Notes under the pieces: model-generated
Seen by the model: only the letters and a program-made list of their open reading frames with translations
Told to the model about the DNA's origin: nothing
Database searches by the model: none
Source: Clostridiales bacterium
GTDB lineage: Bacteria > Bacillota > Clostridia > Oscillospirales > CAG-272
Reading direction: 5' to 3'
Assembly (NCBI GenBank): GCA_016281775.1
Contig: JAEEJH010000140.1
Location: 7,788 to 71,787 of the forward strand
Length of the DNA stretch: 64,000 nt
Part shown: one piece after another, positions 23,161-31,830 of the stretch
Numbering within the stretch: position 1 is the stretch's first letter
Layout of the letters: the number at the start of each line of letters is the position of its first letter
Translations under genes and position numbers: made by a program

Positions 23161-23190
23161 CGGTAAGCCGCGCCGAAGCGCGGCTTACCG
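23161..23190. other. perfect 13-bp stem hairpin (CGGTAAGCCGCGC-cgaa-GCGCGGCTTACCG)
   Basis: Read directly. It lies 37 nt downstream of the stop of gene 23227..23760. No U-tract follows on the minus strand, and a T-run follows 10 nt later on the plus strand. It is part of a cluster of 4 hairpins in 23040-23190. Confidence 0.5.
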
Positions 23191-23226
23191 TACCCTCCGT
23201 TATTTTTTTGTTTTTTCGACAGGTTT

Positions 23227-23760
23227 TTACGCCCTGTTAGCCTTGCCGACTATTACCGCACCGCCGAGAGCGATCACGGCTGCCGCCGCAATGACCGCCA
23301 CCGCCGCGTCAGACGTCGGGGGCACGTCGATGATGACGTCCGTTTCGGAACGAGTCTTCAATCCGGTACCGGTTGCTTCTCCGCCGGACATATTGCCGTC
23401 TTTGTCGCCCACTTCATAGTGGAATACGATTTCGCAGGAGTCGCCGGGTTTTGCGGAGGACGATACTACCGCGTCGAGTTTGATCGAAACGGCGGTGGAT
23501 TCCTTACCGAAGATATAAACTTTGTCGTACGAAAGTTCACCGGTGAAGGTGCTGTCCTGACTGAATTCGAAGCTGTCGAACATCGCTCTGTTGGAAAACT
23601 CGAAGTAACCGTTGATGGCGTATGAGCTTTCTATGTCGAACGATACTGTGACGGTCTTACCGGGTTCGGTTTCTATAACGGCGAAAGCAGAAGTTGCCAA
23701 TCCCACCGCCATGATCGCGACGACCAGTAAACCGACGAGGAGTTTGCGTAATGTTTTCAT
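23227..23760 (-). CDS. cohesin-like domain protein with C-terminal TM anchor (177 aa)
   Basis: AAAGGGGAA RBS. The signal peptide is MKTLRKLLVGLLVVAIMAVGLATSAFA. The beta domain (GKTVTVSFDIESSYAINGYFEFSNRAMF...PGDSCEIVFHYEV) is paralogous to ORF 21853..23001. The C-terminal anchor is AVAVIAAAAVIALGGAVIVGKANRA. Confidence 0.7.
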   Translation of the reverse strand: MKTLRKLLVGLLVVAIMAVGLATSAFAVIETEPGKTVTVSFDIESSYAINGYFEFSNRAMFDSFEFSQDSTFTGELSYDKVYIFGKESTAVSIKLDAVVSSSAKPGDSCEIVFHYEVGDKDGNMSGGEATGTGLKTRSETDVIIDVPPTSDAAVAVIAAAAVIALGGAVIVGKANRA

Positions 23761-23781
23761 CGATTTGATTCCCCTTTTCTG

Positions 23782-26700
23782 TTATTCAAGATCCGATTTG
23801 TAATCCTTCGGACGGATGTACTTGATGGTGTTCTTTACTGCGTCGCCGGATTCAATTCTGCCGTTGCAGTTCGTGTCACCGGCGATGAATCTGAGACCGG
23901 TAAGTTCCGCAATGCCCATGTAGTGGTCGAGCATGAGTTTCGCGTCACCGGAATCGATTCTGCCGTTGCAGTTCGTATCGCCGATGATTACGACGTCGTA
24001 TTCTTTCGTTACGGTTCCGTCGTAGTCGGGGTTCTGCGCGGTCACGGTGACTAACGTACCGGTCGGTACGAGGTCGCCGTCGCCGAGTTCGGCGTCTTTG
24101 GCGGTTATCTTGATCTCGGTCGTTTCAGCGTGTTCGAAGGTGAATCCGAGCTGCGCTTTGAACTGAGCCGTCGTGATGCCGTTGCCGGCGAGTTTGAGAT
24201 CTTCAAGGCTTGCGGGATCAAGTACGTCGAGGATTATGATGCCTCTCGTGTTGTCGATCTTGTATGCAAGCGTCGGATCCTGTTTGTCTATCGTCGGGTT
24301 GTTGATCACGGGAGCGTAAGGCGTGAGAGTGTAGACGAAGTCGTTGTTTTCATTTTCTTCGGAAACTTCGCTGTATTCGGATCCGCTCTTGACGGTCGAT
24401 GTGATCTGCTTATCTATTGTGAGTTTCGCTTCTTTGCTTGTGAGGATGATGCTGTAAGAACCGAAGTCTGCGTAATCCGCGCCGACTACCTTTACGTCGC
24501 GGTCAAGCTCAACGTCAGCGGTCAGAGCTACGTCGCCGTAGATCGTGATCGTGCTGCCCGCGGTCGCCGCCGCAAACGCTTCGTTCAGGTCGTCGCCCTT
24601 ATACAGGACTTCGTCGCCGTTGGTGACGATTATCTTATACATACCGAGCGTGTAGACGTAGTTGTCGTCATCGTCGGTATCTTCGTTTACGAAGTAAGGA
24701 TCGCCCTGCGGTACTACCGTGTCGGTGATCTGTACGTCGATCGTCAGTTTGGAGTTTTCAGCGTCGGTAAGGATGATCTTGTATTCGCCGAAGTCTACGA
24801 ATTCGCCGCCTTCGAGTTTGACGTCGCGGTCAAGCTCAACGTCCGCGGTAAGCTCAACTTCGTCGAGAACGTAGATCGTGCTGCCGGCTGTCGCCGCTGC
24901 GAACGCTTCATTGAGATCGTCGCCCATGTAGAGGACTTCGTCTTCCGCGCTGTAGACTATGATCTTGTATTTCAGATCTTCTTCAAGCGTATAGACGTAA
25001 TTGTCTTCATCGTCCTGTTCTTCGGCTACGGAGTAATCTTCGACGCCGGATTCGACGTAATCAAGAGCTTCGATGTCGATGATGAACTTGGAGTTGTCGG
25101 GATCGGTGAGGATGATCACAGATTCGCCGAAGTCTACGAATTCGCCGCCCTCGAGTTTGACCTCGCGGTCAAGTTCTACGTCTTCGGCAAGTTCAACTTC
25201 GTCGAGAACGACTATCGTGTAGCCGTCGAGCGCCTGATCGAACGCTTCGTTAAGGTCGAAGCCCTGCCATACTCTGTCGCCGTTTTCATCGAGAACGATG
25301 ATCGGGAACGGTACGTCTTCGGTGAAGAGTTTGACCGTGAGTTTGATGGTTTCGGCCGTCGCCTGTACCGTTACGCCGTATTCGCCGCTTACTTCAAACG
25401 AACGTTTGACTTTCTTGTCGTTCTTTTCGGAGCTGTATACGCCGTAATCCTTTTCAAACTTGCCGAGTTTAGTCGAGCTGCCGCTGAAATGGAGACGGTT
25501 GATGACCTTGAACGTTATTTTAATTAATCTTATATATGTGTCGAAGAGTTCGGCAGCGCCTTCGTCGATTATGTCGTCGAGTCCGAGAGCGGATACCATG
25601 TCGTCAAACGACGTGTTGGTATCGAAGCTGTCGAGCAGTTCCTGCGTGGTCATCTTTTCGACCGCGGCTTTGAGGTCGGACATTACGTAGCCGGTCTCAT
25701 AATAGGTCTTGATCGCTTCTACGAGAGCTTCGCGTTTCGCTTCGTCTTTAGTACCGTTTGCGAGTACCACGCCTATGACTATCGCGTAGTTGGGATCGCC
25801 GGTGAGGTCCGCGGTAGCGTCAACGCTGCCGTTGCCGATCACTACGGCGTTTCTTGTCTTGCTGTCATAGTATACGTCTTCGAGTTCGACTTCAGCGTCG
25901 ATCGTGAGGATCTCGCCGAGTTTTACGAGGAGATCGCCGATACCGTCGTTGTCGTCGATGTAGAAGTTGATCGTCTGGGATTTTTCTATGTCTTCGTTCG
26001 GGCCTACGTTTGCGGTGAGGTAATCGCCTGCCGTCACGTGTTCGAGTTCGAACGTCCACGGTTTGTAGTTGACTTCGTACGTCGCTACGGCTTCGCCTGC
26101 GAGCATCGCTTCGCCTACTGCGGTGAGATCGCCGGTAAGTTTGTCTATAAAGTCGTTTACGAGAGCCGTTACGCCTTCGCAGTTGATGAAGTCGAGAGCT
26201 TCGTTGACGTCGTCTGCGTGTACGCCTTCAATGAATCTGAGAACGTCGTCGAACTGAGCCGTGTAAAGTTCGTTGCCGCCTACGGTGAGAGCCGCGCACA
26301 TGTAGTAGTTGAACGCGAAGTCCGTAACGAGCTCGGCTCCGATAGCCTTGAGGCCGGCCTTGTTCTGATCCTTGATCGTTCCGCCGTCGGGCGTGAAGTG
26401 TACGTTGATCACTTCGTCGCCGCCTCTGGACGGTACTACTTCTATGTAGTAGTAGAGGTTCTTGACTTTGCCGTCTTCGTACTTGTAACCGGTCTTCAGC
26501 ATCGAGGATACGTCTGAGCCGTATTCGCCCGCGGTGATAATCGCGTTGCCGCTGACGGTACCGGTCACGCCGGCGCCGCTGTCGGTAGCGAGCGAGCTGT
26601 CGATAACGAGCGTTCTCGCGTCGCAGACGAGGTTGCCGTTGATCTTATGGCCGTTGAGGTCGAGCATCGCCTGCTTTTTGATCGTTACGTCGCCGTCGTA

Positions 26701-29700
26701 GTCGCCGAGGAGTATGATCGCTGTGTTCTTGTGGGCGGATCTGAGAGACTCGGCAAGATCGCGCGTGTAAACGACTTTAGCCGTTCCCTTTGCGCTGTGA
26801 TCGAGTACGAGTGCTTCGTAATCGTTTCTGTTATTGAGCGTTACTTTTACTCTGACGTTGACGCCGGTCTCGTTTTCCTTTATCTTCGCGCGGAAGGTTT
26901 CGGCGAGATTCAGCTTGTCGAACAGAGCCTGGAGATCGTAGTTGACGTCGCCCGTGTAAGAGTTCGAAGTCGCCGTCTCCGTATCGGGATCTATCGTTAT
27001 ATTGTCGAGTACGTGGTTGACGACCTTGCGCGCTTTGGAGTAGTATTGTTCATACTTGGAAAGCTCTACGGTCTTATGCACTTTTGCAAGTGTGTTTTCG
27101 AACGTTGTCGTCGTGATCTCCTCGTCGCCGACTATGAATTTGACGGTTTCGAGTACGAGATCCTTGAGCGGCAGGAGGTCGACTTCGTCGAGATCGTGCA
27201 GCGTCGTGTTGCCGAGAGCGACCATGGCGGAAATGTAAGCCTGATACGCTCTGTCGGGCATTCTAAGCTCGATGTCGAGCATGCCGTCGTGCGCGGTGAC
27301 GTTGCCGTAGGACTTTGCTTTCTTGGCAAGGTCGCGTACGTCTTTCATTCTGTTCGTGCTCTTGCCGAAGTCTTCCACGGTGACGTAGAGTTTCACGGAA
27401 ATACCGGTGTCGTTCTCGCTTACGCCGAGTTTCAGCATCGTTTCCATGAGCTTGCCGCCGAGCAGTTCGGTATGCGGTATCTTCTTGCCGTTGTTAAGGT
27501 AGATATTGCCGCTCTCCGAGTTGATCACGGTCGCGCCCGGAAGCGTCATTTCGTTGATCGTGCCGTCTTCGTTGACAGCGTCGAGCAGCGTGTCGATGCT
27601 CATGCCGCTGTTGAGTACGGCGTTGATGAACGCCTGCGCGGAGAGCAGATCGTTTTCACGGAGGAAGTCGCCGTCCAGTTCGATATGCGTGAAATCGGAG
27701 GCGGTTATCGCTTCGGCCGTGTTCTTGATGTAATCATACACTTTGGAGATGTTCTTCGGAGACAGACGCAGCACCAGGATGAGGTTGCCGTTTTCGTCTT
27801 CGAGCGGGATGAACGCGACGGAGATGTTCTTGCCGTCGAGCAAGCCCGCTTCCGCAGCGCCGTTGTTGATCTCTTCTACGAGGTCAAGCGTGTTATTGCG
27901 GTAGATATCGACTACCTTACGCGCGATGTCTTTGTATTCTTCGCCGTCGATCTGTTTAGCGGTGAAGGTGAAGCTCTTGGCTTCGCTGCCGACGATTATC
28001 TCTTCGCCGCATACGTTGTAGCTGTACGCCTTGCCGTTTTCTTCACAGGCGGGGAGAGTTATCGTGGGAACGTCGAATTTGAACGTCGTCGTCGTGATCG
28101 CGAGACCGTATTCGTCGTAGAACGTTACGGTGTATTCCTTCGGTCCGAACGTGACCGTTACCGTTTCGTCGCCGGCAAGCGTCTGTCCGGCGGCAAGCGC
28201 CAGAGTATCGGAGGTCTCGTAGTGAGCCGCGTCTATGCCGAGCGAGGCAACGAGAGCGTCGATCTGTCCGTTTATCGCTTCGATATCGGCGTCGGTAAGC
28301 GGTTCGAGCGTTGAGAACGCGAGTGCGGCGCTGCCTTGTTTTATGACTTCGCCGTTGCTGTTGACCGCTTTGACGTTGACCGTTACGACCGCTCTCTGCG
28401 GCGCGGCTGCGTCAAGCGTCTTTACGAGCACGAACTGGCGGCTCGTTGTCGTAAGTTCTTCAACTTCGCCGACGCGTTCTATTGCCGCGACGAGTTCCGC
28501 AAGTGAAGGACTTGCTGTATTTATCGCTTCATGAGGATCGCTGAGAGTTACTCTGCTGAGATCCGCTATGATATCGGCGATACGTTCGTAGTATTCTTCA
28601 TACTCGATATCCTGGAGCAAAGGCAGGAACGCCGGATCGTTGTATATCGTAGCAAGATTCGCGTTGAGTATTTCGACCTGTTTTCTTATACGCTGATAAT
28701 TGCCGTCCTGATAGTAGTATGCGAGTCCGCTCTTGCGGTATTCGGTGAGGTAGATGTAGAGGTAAAGCTCCGCGGCGTCATTGTCCACGCATCCGTTGAG
28801 GATCGCGTCGACAGACGCTTTGGCTTCCTCGCTCATTTCGCTGCCGCCTACGCCGAACTTGATCTGGTTGAGCTTTGCTCTGTTGAGCTGGCCGAGTTTG
28901 GAGTACAGGCCGTTGATGATCTCGAGATTCTCTTTCTGATCAGCTGCCTGCTCCGCAAGATCGCGCGGGAGATTGTAGGCGTCGAGTATCTGCTGTTCGG
29001 TAACCGCGTCTGCGAGGTCGATCTTATATTCGACTTCAACACGGTCGAACTGTACCGACGTGAACGTCGCCTTGCCGTCCGCAAACGTGAATTCGGCGGT
29101 CACTTCGTCGGTGCCGAGTATCGCTCTGCCGCTGACGGCTTTCCACGAAATGCCATTCAGACCGGAAGCGTAGTTCTTAGCGACTACCTGGTACTTGTAC
29201 GTAGGCGTTTCGGCGTCGGTACCGTCGCCGGAATCGGTTATCACCGATACGGCGATGAGGTTGTCGCTGTTGTCGGGTTCTCTAAGACGGAGATATTCGC
29301 TCTTGAGCGCTACCGAATTGAGAACGTCGAGCTGAGCCGCGCTGAGATCGTCCGCGAAGTTGACGGCGACCAGTTTGTTGATCGTCTGCACGTTCCACGG
29401 TTTGCCTTCGCTGCGGTTGATCAGCGTGTTACCGGTGATCCTGACTATTTCGCCCTGCAGGAAGGACTGGCCGTTCGCGGTATAGTCGTAAACGAGCTCT
29501 TCGCCTTCGTGCAGCGGGAGAAGCATATTGTAACCGTACGGTACGGTCGCCGGCAGTTCCGTTTCGAAGTTGTATTCCACGTTGAACTGCTTCGGCGTGT
29601 ATTTGATGTTGTAGGTGAGATCGCCCGAGAGGACGCCGGTTATCTCGTCGGCGACTCTGTCGTAGAATTCTTCGCTGATCTCGATCCACGCTTCAAGCGC

Positions 29701-30966
29701 CATCTGTTCGACGGTGCTCTCGTTTATCGCTTCGATGACCTTTTCCGCGCTGGTGCCGTCGAGCAGACGGAGTTCGGCGGAGTGGGATTCGAGAGCGGTG
29801 GGGACCGCGCTGTTGACTGACGTCTCTTTGATGACTTCAGCCGATACGACGACCGTCACGATGTGCTGGTTGACGTTGTATCTCACGACGGCGGTGTCCG
29901 CAAAGAGTTTCTCAAGGATCTCGTCGTCATGGAATTCGGCGTTCGCTGCGGATGCGGCGAGCTCGTCGAGAGTCTGATAATCCTCGGCGGTCATGCCGTC
30001 TTTGAGCGGGTTCGAATCGAGCATCGCCCAGTCGTCTTCAACGGCGGGAGCCAGATTGTCGAGCAGAGCTTTCAGCGATTTGCGCACGGTGCTGAGTTTT
30101 CTCGCCGTGCTGTTGCTGGAGCCGAGCATATCGATGATATCGACGATGGCGGCGTCGTTGTAGATCGTCTCGATCTGCGTGTAGATCTTATTGACCTCGG
30201 ATTTGAGCGCGCTGCCGTTGTTGACGAGGTATTCAAGCTTTGACTCGGCGGCGTCATAATCGTAGAGCATTACTTCTATGACGAAGAAGTCATCGTTTTC
30301 CTCGGTCTGCGCTTTGAGATCGGAGATCGCGGCGATCGTATCCTCGTTGCTGATCTGCAGTGCGAGCGAACCGTCGTAAAGTTTTACGAGCGAGTCGATG
30401 TTGCCTGAGATGGCGTTGAAGTTGCCCTGGTTGCCGTCGATCACTTCTCCGTTTTCAAACAGACGCGCTGCGTTGAACGGAGCGTTGAGAAGTTTCGCCT
30501 GCGTGTCTTCCGCGATGGGGATATGGAGTTCGAAGTAAGCTTCGACCGAGTAAGCGGTGCCGTCATATTTGAACGTGCCTTCGCCGTCGGTGAGCTTAAC
30601 GATCTCGGTATCTTCGGAATACACGACAGATGCGTAGACGGGATTCCAGACGAATCCGTCCTTTTCAAATGCGCTTACGCTGATGTGTCTCGTTTCGGCG
30701 TTTACCGATACGAGATCGCTGTTTCCGGAAGGAACCGGATAAGTAAGCGTCCTGCTTTTCAAAAGCCCGGACTTAAGGATGGCCTTTTCGCCGTCGGTCA
30801 GGCTTTCGTAGTTGTCGGCGACGAGTTCTGCTTCGGTGACCGTTTTGTAGTCGGTCGCTTCTTCTGTCGCGTACGTTATCATCGAAAGGTTCATCGACGA
30901 CAGCATAACGAACATGCAGAGCGCGAATGCCAACACTTTGTTGAGCATACTGGTTTCTTGTCTCAT
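23782..30966 (-). CDS. giant secreted dockerin-containing protein (2394 aa)
   Basis: The ATG at 30966 lies 6 nt after AAGGAGG. The track start 31164 lies inside the promoter. The signal peptide is MRQETSMLNKVLAFALCMFVMLSSMNLSMITYA. The body is long and mostly unassignable, with three ~110-aa tandem repeats near the C-terminus and a terminal dockerin. Confidence 0.85.
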   Translation of the reverse strand: MRQETSMLNKVLAFALCMFVMLSSMNLSMITYATEEATDYKTVTEAELVADNYESLTDGEKAILKSGLLKSRTLTYPVPSGNSDLVSVNAETRHISVSAFEKDGFVWNPVYASVVYSEDTEIVKLTDGEGTFKYDGTAYSVEAYFELHIPIAEDTQAKLLNAPFNAARLFENGEVIDGNQGNFNAISGNIDSLVKLYDGSLALQISNEDTIAAISDLKAQTEENDDFFVIEVMLYDYDAAESKLEYLVNNGSALKSEVNKIYTQIETIYNDAAIVDIIDMLGSSNSTARKLSTVRKSLKALLDNLAPAVEDDWAMLDSNPLKDGMTAEDYQTLDELAASAANAEFHDDEILEKLFADTAVVRYNVNQHIVTVVVSAEVIKETSVNSAVPTALESHSAELRLLDGTSAEKVIEAINESTVEQMALEAWIEISEEFYDRVADEITGVLSGDLTYNIKYTPKQFNVEYNFETELPATVPYGYNMLLPLHEGEELVYDYTANGQSFLQGEIVRITGNTLINRSEGKPWNVQTINKLVAVNFADDLSAAQLDVLNSVALKSEYLRLREPDNSDNLIAVSVITDSGDGTDAETPTYKYQVVAKNYASGLNGISWKAVSGRAILGTDEVTAEFTFADGKATFTSVQFDRVEVEYKIDLADAVTEQQILDAYNLPRDLAEQAADQKENLEIINGLYSKLGQLNRAKLNQIKFGVGGSEMSEEAKASVDAILNGCVDNDAAELYLYIYLTEYRKSGLAYYYQDGNYQRIRKQVEILNANLATIYNDPAFLPLLQDIEYEEYYERIADIIADLSRVTLSDPHEAINTASPSLAELVAAIERVGEVEELTTTSRQFVLVKTLDAAAPQRAVVTVNVKAVNSNGEVIKQGSAALAFSTLEPLTDADIEAINGQIDALVASLGIDAAHYETSDTLALAAGQTLAGDETVTVTFGPKEYTVTFYDEYGLAITTTTFKFDVPTITLPACEENGKAYSYNVCGEEIIVGSEAKSFTFTAKQIDGEEYKDIARKVVDIYRNNTLDLVEEINNGAAEAGLLDGKNISVAFIPLEDENGNLILVLRLSPKNISKVYDYIKNTAEAITASDFTHIELDGDFLRENDLLSAQAFINAVLNSGMSIDTLLDAVNEDGTINEMTLPGATVINSESGNIYLNNGKKIPHTELLGGKLMETMLKLGVSENDTGISVKLYVTVEDFGKSTNRMKDVRDLAKKAKSYGNVTAHDGMLDIELRMPDRAYQAYISAMVALGNTTLHDLDEVDLLPLKDLVLETVKFIVGDEEITTTTFENTLAKVHKTVELSKYEQYYSKARKVVNHVLDNITIDPDTETATSNSYTGDVNYDLQALFDKLNLAETFRAKIKENETGVNVRVKVTLNNRNDYEALVLDHSAKGTAKVVYTRDLAESLRSAHKNTAIILLGDYDGDVTIKKQAMLDLNGHKINGNLVCDARTLVIDSSLATDSGAGVTGTVSGNAIITAGEYGSDVSSMLKTGYKYEDGKVKNLYYYIEVVPSRGGDEVINVHFTPDGGTIKDQNKAGLKAIGAELVTDFAFNYYMCAALTVGGNELYTAQFDDVLRFIEGVHADDVNEALDFINCEGVTALVNDFIDKLTGDLTAVGEAMLAGEAVATYEVNYKPWTFELEHVTAGDYLTANVGPNEDIEKSQTINFYIDDNDGIGDLLVKLGEILTIDAEVELEDVYYDSKTRNAVVIGNGSVDATADLTGDPNYAIVIGVVLANGTKDEAKREALVEAIKTYYETGYVMSDLKAAVEKMTTQELLDSFDTNTSFDDMVSALGLDDIIDEGAAELFDTYIRLIKITFKVINRLHFSGSSTKLGKFEKDYGVYSSEKNDKKVKRSFEVSGEYGVTVQATAETIKLTVKLFTEDVPFPIIVLDENGDRVWQGFDLNEAFDQALDGYTIVVLDEVELAEDVELDREVKLEGGEFVDFGESVIILTDPDNSKFIIDIEALDYVESGVEDYSVAEEQDDEDNYVYTLEEDLKYKIIVYSAEDEVLYMGDDLNEAFAAATAGSTIYVLDEVELTADVELDRDVKLEGGEFVDFGEYKIILTDAENSKLTIDVQITDTVVPQGDPYFVNEDTDDDDNYVYTLGMYKIIVTNGDEVLYKGDDLNEAFAAATAGSTITIYGDVALTADVELDRDVKVVGADYADFGSYSIILTSKEAKLTIDKQITSTVKSGSEYSEVSEENENNDFVYTLTPYAPVINNPTIDKQDPTLAYKIDNTRGIIILDVLDPASLEDLKLAGNGITTAQFKAQLGFTFEHAETTEIKITAKDAELGDGDLVPTGTLVTVTAQNPDYDGTVTKEYDVVIIGDTNCNGRIDSGDAKLMLDHYMGIAELTGLRFIAGDTNCNGRIESGDAVKNTIKYIRPKDYKSDLE
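23785..23982 (-). other. dockerin module (two Ca-binding repeat segments)
   Basis: GDTNCNGRIDSGDAKLMLDHYMG ... GDTNCNGRIESGDAVKNTIKYI is a duplicated D-x-N-x-N-G-x-I-D/E-x-x-D loop plus helix, the classic dockerin pattern. Confidence 0.85.
24322..25308 (-). repeat. three tandem ~107-112-aa protein repeats inside the giant gene
   Basis: The repeats span approximately 24973-25308, 24643-24972 and 24322-24642. Shared blocks are (Y)KIIV..DEVLY.GDDLNEAFAAATAGSTI, ELTADVELDRDVKLEGGEFVDFGEYKIILTD and DNYVYTL. Confidence 0.8.
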
Positions 30967-31135
30967 GCTTTTCCTCCTTAGCATTGAAGCGGTATTTAGT
31001 ACCTGTTTTTGGCCCGGATCATACGCTTTATCGTCCGTCGTCTTTCTTTTCGGTGTTAACGCCGCGGTTTTCACCCGAAAAACACTTGTCCGAAAAAACG
31101 GACATTCCCTCAGCATATAATTCAAGCTTTGCTCT

Positions 31136-31164
31136 ATTGTACCATGCTTTTTTTTATTTGTCAA
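31136..31164 (-). promoter_or_regulatory. sigma-A-type promoter of the giant gene (TTGACA-17-TACAAT)
   Basis: The minus strand reads TTGACAaataaaaaaaagcatggTACAAT. This leaves a ~160-nt leader before the ATG at 30966. Confidence 0.65.
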
Positions 31165-31437
31165 TAAATATACAAAAAAAAATAATAATTTTCTGTCTTA
31201 CGATTATGAACTTTTTTGGGGATAGTTCAAAACTTTTCATTACTTTTTTATCCGTTTTCATACGCTGCTTTTCATACGCTGCGCCGTCTTCAATTCAATT
31301 CTACACCCGCCGCGGCGGAAAGTCAATCTGTAATTTATGGAAGGACGGCGCTTCATTTCCGGTTAAAAAAACACGCGGCCGGTGCCTTTCGGCGGCGTGA
31401 TAAGGTTGCTTTTTGATCTGTCGCTGCCGCGCCGAAA

Positions 31438-31614
31438 TGAATTGCGCCTGTCGGCGCGTGAATTGACTTTCAGCCATGAATTGTGCCTTCGGCACGTGAA
31501 TTGCGCCTATCGGCGCGTGAATTGACTTTCAGCCATGAATTGTGCCTTCGGCACGTGAATTGCGCCTATCGGCGCGTGAATTGACTTTCAGTCATGAATT
31601 GTGCCTTCGGCACG
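31438..31614. repeat. 3 tandem copies of a 59-bp unit, each built from three TGAATTG + short hairpin sub-units
   Basis: Units span 31438-31496, 31497-31555 and 31556-31614 and differ at 2 positions. TGAATTG occurs 10 times (31438, 31459, 31477, 31497, 31518, 31536, 31556, 31577, 31595, 31615). Hairpins are GCGCC-tgtc-GGCGC and GTGCC-ttc-GGCAC. Confidence 0.9.
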
Positions 31615-31770
31615 TGAATTGCCCTGCGGGGCATACGGCGCAATTCAATTCACGGCGAAGCCGAATCATGCCGCACAGCGGCAATTCATGACGGCAAAGC
31701 CGTCAGTCTTATAACGGTCACCCGTTCGGCGCGGCTTTTTTCGAAAAAAATGAAAAATTACAAAAAATAC

Positions 31771-31799
31771 TTGCAAAAAGCGAAATCTTGCAATATAAT
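31771..31799 (+). promoter_or_regulatory. sigma-A-type promoter (TTGCAA-17-TATAAT) for the CDF transporter gene
   Basis: Read directly. It lies inside the N-terminal extension of track ORF 31750..32985, which argues for the ATG at 31831. Confidence 0.6.
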
Positions 31800-31830
31800 A
31801 TACCAACAAACTTTATCGGGCGGTGATCAC

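Noticed and set aside
24130-29820. Several 400-555-aa plus-strand ORFs (24130..25527, 26647..28314, 28531..29820)
   Set aside because: All lie antisense inside the 7.2-kb dockerin gene. They have V/F/R/E-rich shadow composition, no RBS and no motifs. The minus-strand frame is uninterrupted and has a signal peptide and a dockerin.
30967-31128. c-di-GMP or other riboswitch in the ~160-nt leader of the giant gene
   Set aside because: I could see only two weak hairpins (GTCCG/CGGAC and GGTG..CACC) and none of the conserved GEMM-type sequence blocks I remember. This needs an Rfam scan and is not called.
30967-31164. N-terminal extension of the giant ORF (track start 31164)
   Set aside because: A strong TTGACA-17-TACAAT promoter occupies 31136-31164. 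The ATG at 30966 has a perfect AAGGAGG RBS and begins a signal peptide. The extension is therefore 5' UTR.
31301-31495. 64-aa ORF (MPKAQFMAESQFTRRQAQFISARQ..) and other small ORFs over the repeat arrays, including 50583..50933, 50641..50868 and 53146..53337
   Set aside because: They are read straight through tandem 7-mer/hairpin repeats, so the repetitive peptide text mirrors the DNA repeat. They have no RBS.
31438-31614. Possible CRISPR array
   Set aside because: The whole 59-bp unit repeats, so there are no unique spacers. The sub-repeats are only 7 nt, only 3 copies are present, and no cas genes are in the window.
31750-31830. Upstream start for the CDF transporter (track start 31750)
   Set aside because: The extension contains the TTGCAA-17-TATAAT promoter itself. 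The conserved CDF sequence begins after the ATG at 31831.
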